DNA of 64,000 nt from Azolla caroliniana (lineage: Eukaryota; Plantae; Polypodiophyta). Below, piece after piece: positions 1 to 13,803 of the stretch. How positions within the stretch are numbered: position 1 is the first letter of the stretch; each line of letters starts with the position of its first letter. The notes below the pieces were generated by a model. The model saw nothing but the letters and a program-made list of their open reading frames with translations, was not told the origin of the DNA and ran no database searches. Location of the stretch: positions 12,276,001-12,340,000 of the forward strand of contig JBHGNT010000009.1 in the NCBI GenBank assembly GCA_043228905.1, written 5' to 3'. Position numbers and translations under genes: made by a program.

Positions 1-802
1 AGAGACCGGATAAGATAGAGGCCAGAGTGTGGGAGGTGATGCACATGAAGACGACGGCATACATCCAATGTTTTATCGACATGAGCCTATACAACAACTT
101 CAATGAAGAGAGTAAGACTCTTGAACTCTGGGAGAAGATTGACATCATGTTCTAGAACAAGAATGTTGGTAATCAAGCTTTGGTATTCCAGAAGCTAGTG
201 CGGCTCCAGTACCAAGACGGCTCTAGTATGGTGGAGCACGTGAATGCTTTCCAGGGGCTAATATACCAGGAAACCTCATTGGAAGTACCTCTCCCCGATG
301 ACGTACTCGCATGGCTCTTGCTCGGTTCCCTCCTAGATAGCTGGGAGACGTTAGTTTTCACGTTGGGCAACGCCGGGCTGGAAGGAAGGCAATTGTCCCT
401 AGCAAGGGTAAAATCAAGCTTGCTAGATGAAGAAGCTCGCCCGAAGGACTGGGAGTCCGGAACCGATCCGAAGGTCTTGGTCACGGAAGATGACCACAAT
501 AGTGGAAGAGGCCGGTATCGGAGTCCCCAAAACCAGGACAAATTGGGGACGAGGTCAAAGTCAAGAGGGCGGCCTATTTGCTTCTATTGTGGGAAGCTGA
601 GGCACTTCCAGAAGAACTGTCAACATTTCCGGAAAGAGAAAAGAACTGACAATACCGATTCAAAGAAGAGTTCGGACCAGATCGGAAAGGAACGTCGGCA
701 ATTGTGACAACTAAAGAGGAACTGATGCTCATTACCGAGGAGAATGAGTTAAACCTTGTCGGCGACGAGACAACGTGGGTTGTCGATTCTGGAGCGTCAT
801 TC
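1..802 (+). pseudogene. Ty1/Copia (Tnt1/Tork-like) gag to protease fragment
   Basis: Homologous to the gag at 26135-26812. Zinc knuckle CFYCGKLRHFQKNC, then TWVVDSGASF cut off by an LTR at ~803. Contains an in-frame stop and a frameshift. Confidence 0.9.
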
Positions 803-1011
803 CAAATAATGCCTGGTGCCTCCTTTTATAGTGTTCTCGGGAGTACATCAATTTCTAGAATGTTTTAGAGAAATCTGGAATATATATCAATTTTCTATAA
901 TAAAACTTAAATGAAAATAACATCTTTCGTATTATAACATATAGTCTAATGGTCAAGAGAATGATCCATGTAACATAAGGTCATGGGTTCGAGTCTTGCC
1001 ATATCATGACA
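803..1011 (-). repeat. Truncated 3' LTR (U3 part) of the Tcn1-like element
   Basis: On the minus strand it starts TGTCATG right after PPT AAAGGGGGGATAG. It ends about 20 nt past a TATAAAAG box and aligns with 18244-18453. Confidence 0.85.
942..997 (+). promoter_or_regulatory. tRNA-type Pol III A-box/B-box cassette in the Tcn1-like LTR (second copy at 18384-18439)
   Basis: TAGTCTAATGGTCAAG...AGGTCATGGGTTCGAGTC, with T8 at 942 and G53 at 987, i.e. tRNA spacing. Cloverleaf stems are not conserved. Confidence 0.65.
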
Positions 1012-1029
1012 CTATCCCCCCTTTAAAAC

Positions 1030-4000
1030 GACGAGTGTCACGAGTCGTTTTGGATTGAGGACCATGTTTGTCTGGATATTGACGATCAAAGTCTTCAAGA
1101 AGAGCATGAGCATTGGTCACATTCTCTATTGGTTCTCAAGTACACTCGCTAGAACTCTATTTTCTCCAATAAATAGCATGTTCTCTCGGTATAGAGATGT
1201 ATCCGATTAATAAATCAATCAATTCACCCTCTGTGGTTTATCACGTGATACTGGTGCACGTCATATTTCACAATAGGCTAAAATTGTGTAACTATAAAGG
1301 GAATCTAAAAGTGGAAAGCGCGATCCTTCCATTTTTGAACGCGAACGTGTTAGTAGAGCTTGTTGCGAACAATCTTGGAATCGAGGATGGCGGCAACCTC
1401 ATACTCAGGTCCATCTTCAAGTTCGATCGGGGGTGGAGGTTGTTTAATACGACTTGGGATGGTGCTATCTTGATAGGGTTCGAGGAGAGAACTATGAAAC
1501 ACTTGATGTATCCGAAGTTGTGGAGGTAGATCGAGACGAAAAACGACATCATTAATTTTTCCGATAATATAGAAAGGACCTAATCGCCGATAATCTAACT
1601 TCTCGCATGGGCGAGTAGTCTTGATGTGTCATCATAGTAGCCATACCCGATCTCCAATGTTAAAACTAGATGGAAGCTGATGACGATCTGCAAACCTTGT
1701 CTGTTTCAGCTTGCTGTAGATGAGTAGATAAATCTGCTTGTATCTTGTGTAACTGCTCCAAACGATCCTCCACGCAAGGATTTGTGGGTAACTTTGGGGT
1801 TTCATATACACACCACCGGGGGTGATAGCCCGTATAAGCATAAAATGGTTTAACCTTTATCGATGAGTGGACAAAGTTATTATACGCAAATTTGGCAAAC
1901 TGGAGAATATCCACCCAATCATCTTGATGATAGCTTAGAAAGCATCGAAGATACTGCTCGAGCATTTGATTTGTTCATTCTGCTTCATCGTCTATTTGCG
2001 GGTGGTAGCCGCAGGAGAGGTTACAAGTGACCTTGAGCATTTTAAAGAGCTACTTCCAGAATTTTGAGACAAATTGGGGTCCACGGTCGTTGATGATACT
2101 ATCAGGAAGGCCATGATGCTAACATACTTCACGCATGATAGTTTCGGCAGTTTCCTCATTGGAGATTTCCTTAGTACATGGTAGGAAATGGGCCATCTTC
2201 GTATCTCGATCTACTACTGTTAAGATCGCATCAAATCCCTTAGAGACCGGAAGATCTATCATGAAATCTAGAGAAATGGATTGCCACGACTTGCTTGGAA
2301 TTGGTAATGGTTCTAATAAACCATGTGAATGATGCATTGGCATTTTTGCTCTACAACATGTATCACAAGTCCGAACAAAATCTTCAACAAATTGTCGCAT
2401 ATGGGGCCACCAAAATGATCATTGTACTAAATCTAATGTTTTAGTACTACCCAAACGCCCAACTGTATATGTGTCATGACAGTTTTGGACTACTCGAAGG
2501 TGACAAGAACCATTAGAAACATACAAGAGTTTCTTAAAGAATAGCAATCCATCATGACATTCAAATTGTCGATAGTCCGTACTTGGTTGTTGCGACTGTG
2601 AACAAGATGCTCGAGAGGGATCAATTTGTGCTAGAATGGCTTGGGTGAAAGCATATGTTTTCAAGTCCTCACGTATGGTATCGATAACATGGGAATCCAA
2701 GTGCATACCAAAGACTTGTGTTGCTTGCAGTCGTGCCGGTCCTAGGATTACATGCTTTTGGTTATCGAAAGCTGGCTCGCCAGGACACAATGCTAGATAC
2801 GAGCTCCGTGATAATGCATTTGCCTTCCCTTGTTGCTTCCCCAGATGATATGTGATTTTGAAGTTGAAACGAGTGAGGAATTGGTCCCACCGAGCTTGAC
2901 GTCGATTTAACACACGAGCATTCTGAAAGTAGGCAAGGTTTTTGTGATCACTTAATACAGTGACTTGATGAGAAGATCCCTCTATAAAATGCCTCCATTG
3001 CGTAAAAGAGTCCACTATTGCTAATAGCTCCTTATCATGAATTTCATAATTAATTTCGGCGGCGTCAAACTTGCGTGAGTGGAAAGCCACAGTATGAAGC
3101 TTTTCATCATTGCCTTGTTGTGACATAATGCTACCCAAGGTGAAATCCGACACGTTTGCTTCGGTGATGGATGGTTTTTCTAGATCAACATGAGCCAGAA
3201 TAGGAGCTGACGTAAATGCCTTCTTAAGACTCTCAAAAGCCATGTCAGCTTCTTCAGACCAAACGAATGATTGTCCCTTCCTAGTAAGTTGTGTGAGAGG
3301 CAAAATAAGCTTTGAGTAATCCTATATAAACTTGTGGTAGAAATTGGCAAAGCCTAAAAAGCATTGCACATATCGCAATGAACATGGAGTTTGCCACTCT
3401 ACCACCATTTTGACCTTAGCTGGATCCATGGAGATGCCTTCCGAGGAAATCAAATAGCCCAAAAATTCTACCGGGTTGCACTCGAAACTAAATTTTTCCA
3501 GTTTTGCATAAAGACCATGTTCTTGAAGTCGCATTAGTACTAATAGTAGATGAGAATCATGTTCTTCTTGGGTCTTTGAATAAACTAGTAGATCATCCAA
3601 ATAGATGATCAAACAAACATCCAAGAGATCTCAGAATATCACTTGCCATGTGTTGGAAGACTATTGGCGAATTAGTGAGGTTGAATGGCATGACCGTATA
3701 CTCGAAGTGCCCATATCTGGTGTGAAACGCGGTCTTCCATTCATCTCTTGGTCGGATCCATATGAGGTTATATGCTCCTCGTAAGTCAATCTTTGTGAAG
3801 AACCTTGCACCATTGATCCATTCTAAAATACTTGAGATAAGGGGAAGTGCATACCTATTCCTGATGGTGACCTTATTCAAGCCACTGTAATCTACGACAA
3901 GACGAAGTGATCCAACCTTTTTCTTGACGAAGAAAATGGGTGCGCCAGCTGGAGATTTCGAATGTTGAATGAAACCATTTGCCAAATTCTCCTCTATATA

Positions 4001-5030
4001 GGCTCAAAGGACTTCTAGCTTGGTTGGTGATAAATTGTAGATCGGTCCCCATGGTGGCTCTTTTCCCAGATGTAAATGAATGGACCAATCATATGGTCGA
4101 TGGTAAGGAAGCGTATTGGCTTGTACTTTATCGAACACATCGGCATAATGACGATACTTCTCTGGAAGTTGAATGGTGGACTCCTCTTTAGTGGTGTTTG
4201 AGGGTTTTACTAATACTGTGAAGAGAAAAATTTCTTCCTTGGGTCCTTCCTCATGCAACTAATGTAGCGAAATGGTTGCAATCTTATGAGTAGATCTTGG
4301 GTTTGTCGATACTAGATTTCTCTTGTTCTCCAATCTATGTCTGGGTTATGTAATTCGAACCATCAGGCCTTTTTGCAATGCCAATGTATCATGACATGGG
4401 ACAAATGTGGAGGCTCATGCTTCACACATTATACTGCACATGTTGCACCTAACTACAAAACCATATTCTATGCGGAACGGGGAAATCGTACACATCGATA
4501 CATGTTAGAGCCCATACCGTTATTTGCCATTCAAACCATTACTTCCATGTGACTTAGCTCACATGCCTTGCGATGTGAGATAGGGGGTTAGGGCACAAGT
4601 GATGAGAGTCATCGGCTATGCAATGTCGAAGCACCTTGTTCATCGCATTCATCATATGTGCAACTGAGTTCGTCGCTCCTTGTGGTATCATACACATCCA
4701 GACTATCCCAAAACAATGGGATGTTCTGGGATACTAATTATATTAAAGGATACTACACACACTAAAAAATCTAGGACAATATTAACGGGCTTTGACTCTT
4801 CTATGATATTTCCGGAGCAATGGGACGACCATCAATGACTACTACAGCGGTTGGACATGGGAGTTTTCTTAGGGATATCTGATGAGCTTCGGCAAAATTC
4901 CTATCCATGAAGCAAGAATTAGCTCCGGAATCTAGGGGTGTTGAGACATGTACTACAGAGGTACTTTTAGTACTAACTGTTACTTCAACTAAGAACACAT
5001 CGCTAACTTGCTTAGAGGGAATGCAACCAC
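1030..5030 (-). pseudogene. pol: Chromovirus pol (PR, RT, RNase H, integrase, chromodomain), fragmented
   Basis: Motifs [43 protein letters not shown]. Chromodomain halves EYEVAAILDSKIVRNKLY and ECT*EPIENV. Many stops and frameshifts. Confidence 0.9.
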
Positions 5031-5085
5031 TAATGGGCTACACATATCTAGGGTTTTCCAACCAGACGACTCCTATTTTGGCTGG

Positions 5086-5530
5086 TGTGAAAGTGTTTTT
5101 AGAATCTAAACTATTGAACATTAGAAGAATATAAAGTATGGATAATTCACATTTGGAGGCTAAGAACACGAACCAAGACCTTAGGAAGAAGTCAAAAGTA
5201 AAAGTAAGAGACCAAGAGAAAAGTAAAAAGAGAAAAAGCGAACCATAAAAAACAGTAAACAAGGAACTTAGTGATTTAAAACGCTATAGATAGCTCTCTT
5301 TACGAGCTTTCTACCCCATATTTAAACACAATATTTGGGTGAAAAACGAAGGAGTTATGACCATTCCTTTTTTACTATTTTTTATGGTCCACTTTTTCTC
5401 TTGGTCTGTTACTTTTACTTTTGACTTCTTCCTAAGGTCTTGGTTCGTGTTCATTGCCTCCAAATGTGAATTATCCATACTTTATATTCTTCTAATGTTC
5501 AATGGCTTAGATTCTAAAAACACTTTCACA
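5086..5530. repeat. Fold-back of two LTR U3 ends (inverted arms of about 180 bp)
   Basis: Begins TGTGAAAGTGTTTTTAGAATC and ends GATTCTAAAAACACTTTCACA. Both arms match the LTR start at 16832. Confidence 0.9.
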
Positions 5531-6131
5531 TTTAGCCCTCCCCCTTGCTAGAGGCTAAGCCATTTATGGTGAAGCACTTAATGGTAGTACTTAACAAACG
5601 AAAGCTCTCTTGCCAATCTCTTGGCTATAGACAATGAGAGAGATATAATTGTGAAAGTGTTTTTAGAATTCAAAGTATTGAACACTACAAGAATATAAGG
5701 TATGGATCATTCACATCCGGAGGTCAATGACACGAACCAAGGTCTTGAGGATAAGTCAAACTAAAAGCAAGACACGTGGAGAAAAGTAAAAGAAGAAAAA
5801 AGCGGGGTACCAAAACACAGTCTGAAACGAACGCTCATAACTCATTCGTTTGGAAGCTAAATATAATGTGTAAATATGGGTTGGAAAACTTGTGAAGAGA
5901 GCTATCCATATCTTTTTAAATATATAAATTTAGATCTGGGACGAGAGAGATATGACGATTTGAAGATCGTTTTTTCATAGATAAGAATAAGACTCGATGA
6001 AAACTCTAAAAAAAACATAAAAAAGAAAGCAAGGGAAGCTTATCCAGTAAAAGAGAACTTTATATAAAGGAAGAAGAGTAAGGTGGTGTGAGAGAGTCTC
6101 TTTCTTGTGATGTTTTCTTGCCTATTCACGT

Positions 6132-6852
6132 TGTCGTGCCTTTCGGCTCGGGATCGTTGCGTGAGTCGGGTGGGAACCGCCGAGGTTTTGGACTAGGAGG
6201 AAGAAAAATACAAATAAGGCTAGTAAAGAATAGGTATAAAGAGTTATAAGATAAGAATCTTGTGAATCCCATGAGTTTAGTATATTTAGTCAATATTTAG
6301 GTAGTAAGAGAGAATTATTTTAGCAAATTCGTGAATCCCACGAATATTTTAGATTGATTGATCATTATAGAAAAATAATCAACAACAACTACAATGTGCT
6401 CCCCATCCTTATATAGTGATGGGAGAGACTAAGCATAGCTACATGCTTTTTTCTAATATGTTCATGCACACTAAATGTGCATGTGATGCTTTTCTAATCC
6501 TTGCTTTTATTTGCTAAATATAGTGCTCATGCACGCTAGATGTGCATGAGTCACTTTTTAGTTGCTTGCGTTTTTCTACAAAATATTCACGCACTCTAAA
6601 AATGCATGATTTACCTTTTAATAAAGGTAGGCGCAAATAAAGCACTTATAGTTATTAAATCTATTTGTAGAACACTAAAGATAAGGTAGCATAATTGTAA
6701 AGTTGAGGTTTGGCTACGTGGAGGTATAGGGTTCGAATCCTGCCTTATGCACGTGATAAATATTTTGATATATTATTTATTTATTTATATGTATCTAAAA
6801 TCGGATATATTATTTTATGGTTTTCACATAGTGTGTGGAATACACTACGACA
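6132..6852 (-). repeat. Solo LTR, Gypsy family A (721 bp), TSD ACGT
   Basis: TGTCGT...ACGACA termini; ACGT at 6128-6131 and 6853-6856; near-identical to 12851-13571. Confidence 0.92.
6687..6740 (+). promoter_or_regulatory. tRNA-type Pol III A/B-box cassette in the family A LTR (also at 13406-13459)
   Basis: TAGCATAATTGTAAAG...GAGGTATAGGGTTCGAATCC; perfect B box at 6730-6740; TTTT at 6764-6767. Confidence 0.65.
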
Positions 6853-7266
6853 ACGTAGTGTTGGTTGAGTTGTTATCAATTTATCCTTGTAGACTTGGAT
6901 TTATGTATCTTCTTTCTCTCTTCCTTCCATCATAATTATTCATTAGCAATAGATCTTTGTGGTTTTGGGTCTATTTATCTTCCTTATCTCTCCTTTCTAT
7001 CATCTCTACCTCATCAATAATCAAAAAGAAAATAAAAAGATGTGACTAAAACCCCCGCTAATTGGTAGGAAAAACTTCACACTTCTAAACACACACACAC
7101 ACATTGACAATTGCCATCACCATCTTTCTCCTTGTCAACACAAAGAAAGAGGTTACTACAGTTATTATGTCTTTGTCAACTCTCCATACACAAGTAGGGC
7201 AATGGGATACATAACTCTTGATAGAAGTAAGCATGTCAACATATGAATGAATGTTTCGAGCAAGCG

Positions 7267-10200
7267 ATTCTCCCCTAATGTCGACTATGAATTGTAATTC
7301 ACTTTCTTCGCTTCCTGCATCACTGTGGTCTTCGTCCGATTGCTCCTCGTTGTCGGCCTTGGCTTGGATCACATAAGGTTTGTCGTCGGTCCGCTTCTTG
7401 AAAATCTTCACCCGCTTCTCGGCTATAGGCACTCGTAGTATTGTTCCATCCAACTCGGACAGTCGGTACATTCCATTGTCGAAGACTTTCCGAACTTCGT
7501 ATGGCCCGAACCACCTTTTCGCGAATTTCCACATTGTTGTATGTTGATGGTCCAAACTACTGTCATAGACGATCACTCAATCTCCTTCTTCAATCCTCCT
7601 CGGTCGTAGTTAGTGCTTTGTGTCGAACCGGCTTTTGTTCCGGAACCGTGCTTCTTGTTGTCGGCGTATTGCTTCCGCTATGTCTGCCAGTCTTCCCTCT
7701 AGTTGTCGTATCCGGACCGCTAGTAGTTCTTCCCGACTCATCTCTTCCTTCCACGGTAGCACTGTCCATGTTGCGATCGCGGTTTCCGTCGGCATTACCG
7801 GTGCTTGTCCGGTCATGAGTTCTGCCGGCATGTAACCGGTTACGGAGCTATGCGTCGTCCGATCCGCCCATAGTGCATACGGAAGCATCTGCGGCCAGTC
7901 CTTCACCTTTCCATCGCATGCCTTTGCAAGTGCTTTCACGATCGGACTATGTCCTCGTTCGATTTTCCCGTTGGCCTCCGGATTGTATGCCATTGTCAGC
8001 GATAACCGAACTCCATGTTTGGCGAAGAATCCCATAGCTTTGTCCGAGTCGAGTTCTCCCCGGTCCGCAATCACTTGCCCTATGCACCCGTACCTACAAA
8101 ATACTTCCTCCAAAAGAAATTGGCATACCGCGGAACACGTTTTCCTCTGAAGCGCTCGACCTTCTACTTGATTCGTGAGATCTTCCCGAGCTAATACCAA
8201 GTATTTCTTTTGTCCGATCCCGGTCGGCATGGCCACTATGTCGACCATCCACTTGAAGTTGATTGTCGGCGAGAATGTCGGATGTAACTCATCTCGATGT
8301 CGAACCCCGGAGTAGACTTGATATTTCTCGCAGCTTTCCGTGAACTCCGCGACATCTTTGTACATTTTCTTCCACCAATATTTTTGCTTGATCTTCACAA
8401 ATATTGCCCATGTTCCTCGGTGTCCAGCCCAATCGGATTCGTGAAACTCGGACATTATCCGGTTTCGTTGCTCTTTTGTCCCGACTACTCGAAGTGGTAT
8501 ACCATCCGGTCTTTTCGACGCCCTCCATATTAATCCGTTTTCCAAGAAGAACTTTTGGACTTGCCTCTTCTTCCTTCGGATCTCGGCTCTTCTTCCTTTA
8601 TCGTTTGTTGAGTCCTCGGCCTCTTGTAACATCTTTCCGATCATCAAGCTTGCTCCCTCGTATTCTTCTTCCCAGAATTCTCGGATTATGTTCACTCGGC
8701 ATATGTGCTCCGACGCGAAGTAGTCTTCGGAAACTTCTTCATTATCCGATTCAGTTATGTCGTCTCCGAACCGAGCCCTTGATAACATATCTGCTACCGC
8801 GTTGTCCTTCCCCGAGATGTGTCGAACCTCCGGATTAAGCGACTTGACATATGCAACCCACCTTAGCATAGCTACATCCAGTATCGTACAACACCGCATC
8901 ATCCCGAGTATCGGAAGACAATCCGTCTCGATCACCACTTCGGCTCCGATCAAATAATCTCGATCCGATTTTATCGCCGACACGACTCCCCACAGTTCTC
9001 TTTTGACTTGTGCATATCCACGTTGCCTTTCATTGAGAACCTTTGCTCCGAATCGGATCAGATATCGCGAACCATCCGAGTCGGCTTGATTGATGACCCA
9101 CCTGATACCTGTTGGACTTATATCAACCGTTACTATGATCGGTCGGTCGTAGCTCGGCTTCTTAAGTGCTTCCGCCCTCCGAAGTGTCTTCTTCAATTTC
9201 TTCATGGCTTTGGTGTGTTCCGGTTTCCATTCGAATTTCTTACCTTTCCGCAACAAGTGGTAGAGCGGGTCCACTATATGTGCATAGTGCGGAATCCATA
9301 TGTGATAGAATGCACATACACCGAGAAACCTTCGGACTTCGGATGTTGACTCACATATTTCCTCCATAGCTTGAATCGCATCGATCTTTGTTGGTGACGG
9401 TCTTCGGCCGTAGGGCCCACATAGATGTCCGATCACCAATATTTCTTCTTGCCCGAATGCCGATTTCTCCCCGGAAAGTGTTAGGTGCACATCTTCTAGC
9501 TTTCACAACACTTTCTCGCAATCATGAATATGGTTGACCACGAACTTTCGGCATCCCCGATCATCCATAGTCTCATCGTTTTCTTCTACCACGCATCCTT
9601 TCATCGGAATGTCATCGAGGAACGACATCGTTATCTCTGGAATGCAGTCTCAAAGCACCTTGTTCATCGCGTTCATCATATGAGCAACCGAGTTTGTCGC
9701 TCCTTGTGGTAGTGTGCACATTCGGACTAATCCTATCGGTGTTCTCATGGTTGTGATGTCTCGGCTCTCCACGGCTAGTTGGAATTGGTCATACCCCGAG
9801 TATAGGTCTCCGATGGAGTATATCGCACGACCGGCAAAAGCTTCCGCAAATTCGTCCACTATCGGACCGACTCCCGAGTTCCGGATCGTGACCTTATTCA
9901 CCGGTTGCAAGTCTTGGATAAATCAGAGTGAGCCATTCTTCTTCGAAACCGTAAACCATCGATTTGAGTACGGAGCAGTTGATGGCTCTAGAATCCCCAT
10001 CGCCACCTTCTCCTTGAGCAAGTCAATGACTTTCGGAATATGCGCTCGTGGCACCAGAATCGGCTTCAGGTTCCACTTTACATGGTCAATCGTGAAGATC
10101 ACCATCGGCTCCACTATTCTCGGATCGACGCACCCTATCTCCCTTGATGTAAATGCAAACGCTTTGCCGTGTTGCTCCAACATCTCGCGAAACCGTTCTT

Positions 10201-13200
10201 CTTCTTTTTGTAATAAGAACCCACCTCCACCGATCCGAAGTTTCTTCCGGGTCTCATCCGTGAAGGCATGTCCGATATCCACGGACTTCCGAAGTGTCGG
10301 ATCTCCCGAGACTTCTTTCCTCTTTTGTTCGCTATCGGCGGGTAGTGGTCCCGCGGCCGGTTTCACCTTCTTCTCCACGGTCTTGTATTTCGTACTTACC
10401 ATTGCTTCTTCTTTGCGGAGCGTATCCAGCTCCATTTTCGCAATGATCTCGTACATCTCGACCGATTCCATCGGGACTACCCGGTTCCCTTGGCTTTTAT
10501 CTTCCGCAAGCTCTTGAAGTCGTTGTAGCGTGCTCCCATAGAACACTTCTTCGACTATCCCCACGATTTCTTCATCTTCTTTTATTATTGATGCCGACCG
10601 CAACTTATCCTCCACTTGTCGGTATCCTTCCTTCAATCCTCCGGTTACGGTCGTGTACGTAGATGCCCCATCCGGACCGATTCGTACATGTTTTGCTCCG
10701 AGAGTTTTCTTCCTGTGTGAGGTATCAGGGCTTCTCGGACTATCACTTCCCCACTCCGCAACAGTCCGCTTTAAAAATCCATTCTCACTTGGGACAAGAG
10801 TTCCCTCTTGTTCCTTTCGTGATTTTCCGGCACCGTTAGGAATTGGACGGATTTCCCACCGTTTTGGCTCTGAATTCACGCAAAAGCCGCAGCGCTATCG
10901 AGCACCTTCGTCTCCATCCGTGATGCCGTGATAAAGGGTTGGCCGAGGATGACAGAATGTGAAACCTCATCTTGCACGAAGAAATTTTGGTCGATCTCGA
11001 CATCCCCGATCTTCACCGTTACATCCGGACAAGCCGCAAATAGATCTTCCGTTGCTTTGGTGGCCGCCCGAATCTTCCATCCATGGTTGGTGTTAATAGG
11101 CCACTTCCCCTTCTAGTAGAACTCCTTGGACATCAAGTTGATCTCTGATCCGTGATCAATCAATGCTAGCACGGGTTCTTTGATGTTGCCGATTCGGACC
11201 GGAGTCTCCGTAGTCGCGCGTGCCCAATGTGGCCTTGTATAGTGGGAGTTCGGAATTTCGTCCTCCACTTCGGTGTCGTTCATTAAAACGGTGTTCGCAT
11301 TCACCCTTGGAGCATTTTCCTCCGTACTTTGTCTTTTTCGCTTCACGAGATCCACGAGAAGATCGTGGAACTCCTTCTTTGCTATTCCGAGTAGCTCCCG
11401 AAGCGAGAAATCTACCCGGCTATCCAAGATCCTTTCCTCGAACACTCTTTTCAAGTCGGTTTGTTGTTCTATGTCCGAGGCGAGCTTGAATGCCGGAGCC
11501 GCCTTTTCTTTTCCCTTACCTCCGGAGTTCTAGCTTTCCGGTATCTTCAATGGCCCGCCCGCATCCTCCGTGCGTCATCGTTTCTCGTCCACATACACCT
11601 TATGCAATTGACACAGGGCGTATACGCTATTCTTGTCGACAGGGCACTCCCATCCCGTAGCTTCCCGGACACCTTCCGCAGTGCTTCGGATCTCGTTGGA
11701 GTCGGTTTTCTCGGTGTTTTCTAGAACTTCCGGCCAAAAAGACGTCTTTGCTCTCGATGACTCCCCGACACATATCCCGTGGTTGTTGCATAGTGGCTTC
11801 TTGCCGCCAATTCCTCCTTGAGCACCTTCTTCATGCCGCCTTTCCGGAAGTTCGGTCGGAGTGGCTTCCGAGAGTCCATCGAATGAACCCGGTTTCCCTC
11901 GTAGTAGATGAGATCCCGATGTAGCGCCTCCTTATGCTCGTCGCAATCCCTCCGATCGTGTTCGGCGCTACCGCACCATATGCACCGTCGGTCCGTATAC
12001 TTGGAGCTTGTGGGGCGGTCATCCGACTTCTGACCATCGCGATCTTCAAATTCTCCATCTCCTTCAATAGTTGCTCCACCGTAGATGCATCAATCCCCTT
12101 CTCGGTTGTAGTCTCCCGAGCCCTCGGTTGATGGTCTTCCAATCCGGTTCTCGGTTTCGGAATCGGTTCCGAAACCCTCTTTTCCTCGTTGCCAAGCCAT
12201 AGCCCCCTCTTCGTGTATCGCGCGACGATATCCCGCACGCTTTCCCATGTTTCGGTGAGGCCACTCTCCGTGGTCGTGTCCTCCAAGAGCACTCCGAGAT
12301 CTTTCCGGTCCCGGACGTCCACGGCTCGCAAGAACATGATCACCTTGTCCGGTACGAGGATAGCTTGATCTCTCGCGGACAATCTCCCGAACCGGCTTTC
12401 GAATGCCGAAAACACATCAACGACCTTCAATCCCTTGTCCGACGTCTCCACCCAATCTTCGAATCCCCTTCGCGTCGCCTTGGAGGAATCCTCGATGGCG
12501 AACGTCCTCTTTAGCTCTTCTTCAAACACCTCCCATGTCGGATTTTGTTGTCGTAGCCCATGGATGCTTGCTTGAAGCCCGTCGGTCGCCACCTGGTTGA
12601 AGGACGTCACTTGTAGTCCTTCCGATATTCCGTACCGTAGCATCTCCGCCTTGTAGTCCAGAAGATACCGCGACACGTCTTTCCCGTTGAATTGCCCGTT
12701 TCGTTTCACGAGCCGCTCCACTGATGCCGCTATCTCCGACATCGCGCGTTGTTCTTGTAGCATGCGCTCGAACATCATCATCATGTTGCTAGCCTCCGGT
12801 TGATTTTCCATCTCCTTGCCACCCGGTGTTCACGTCGGGTTCACCAACTGTGTCATGCCTTTCAGCTCGGGATCGTTGCGTGAGTCGGGTGGGAACCGCC
12901 AAGGTTTTGGACTAGGAGGAAGAAAAATACAAATAAGGCTAGTAAAGAATAGGTATAAAGAGTTATAAGATAAGAATCTTGTGAATCCCACGAGTTTAGT
13001 ATATTTAGTCAATATTTAGGTAGTAAGAGAGAATTATTTTAGCAAATTCGTGAATCCCACGAATATTTTAGATTGATTGATCATTATAGAAAAATAATCA
13101 ACAACAACTACAATGTGCTCCCCATCCTTATATAGTGATGGGAGAGACTAAGCATAGCTACATGCTTTTTTCTAATATGTTCATGCACACTAAATGTGCA

Positions 13201-13571
13201 TGTGATGCTTTTCTAATCCTTGCTTTTATTTGCTAAATATAGTGCTCATGCACGCTAGATGTGCATGAGTCACTTTTTAGTTGCTTGCGTTTTTCTACAA
13301 AATATTCACGCACTCTAAAAATGCATGATTTACCTTTTAATAAAGGTAGGCGCAAATAAAGCACTTATAGTTATTAAATCTATTTGTAGAACACTAAAGA
13401 TAAGGTAGCATAATTGTAAAGTTGAGGTTTGGCTACGTGGAGGTATAGGGTTCGAATCCTGCCTTATGCACGTGATAAATATTTTGATATATTATTTATT
13501 TATTTATATGTATCTAAAATCGGATATATTATTTTATGGTTTTCACATAGTGTGTGGAATACACTACGACA
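7267..13571 (-). mobile_element. Gypsy family A element (Phygy-like non-chromovirus) lacking its 3' LTR
   Basis: 5' LTR 12851-13571; PBS TGGTGAACCCGACGTGA at 12830-12846 (tRNA-Trp). Gag-PR ~12811-10771 (LIDHGSEIN). Pol with DLYSGYDQF, RNase H and integrase (WMVDIV, ADRGE, NGKIERGH), carrying stops. Confidence 0.9.
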
Positions 13572-13803
13572 ACGTAGTGTTGGTTGAGTTGTTATCAATT
13601 TATCCTTGTAGACTTGGATTTATGTATCTTCTTTCTCTCTTCCTTCCATCATAATTATTCATTAGCAATAGATCTTTGTGGTTTTGGGTCTATTTATCTT
13701 CCTTATCTCTCCTTTCTATCATCTCTACCTCATCAATAATCAAAAAGAAAATAAAAAGATGTGACTAAAACCCCCGCTAATTGGTAGGAAAAACTTCACA
13801 CTT

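Larger units (their letters stand above)
5650..7002 (+). repeat. Diverged LTR of a related family, interrupted by the solo LTR at 6132-6852
   Basis: Starts TGTGAAAGTGTTTTTAGAAT and aligns loosely with the 16832 LTR. Probable end CTATCA at 7002. No TSD found. Confidence 0.6.

Noticed and set aside
5086-5530. Stand-alone MITE
   Set aside because: It has an adjacent PPT and matches a PBS-linked LTR at 16832; there is no TSD around 5086-5530 alone.
7085-7576. Novel integrase fusion protein
   Set aside because: A chance in-frame read across the duplication junction at 7266.
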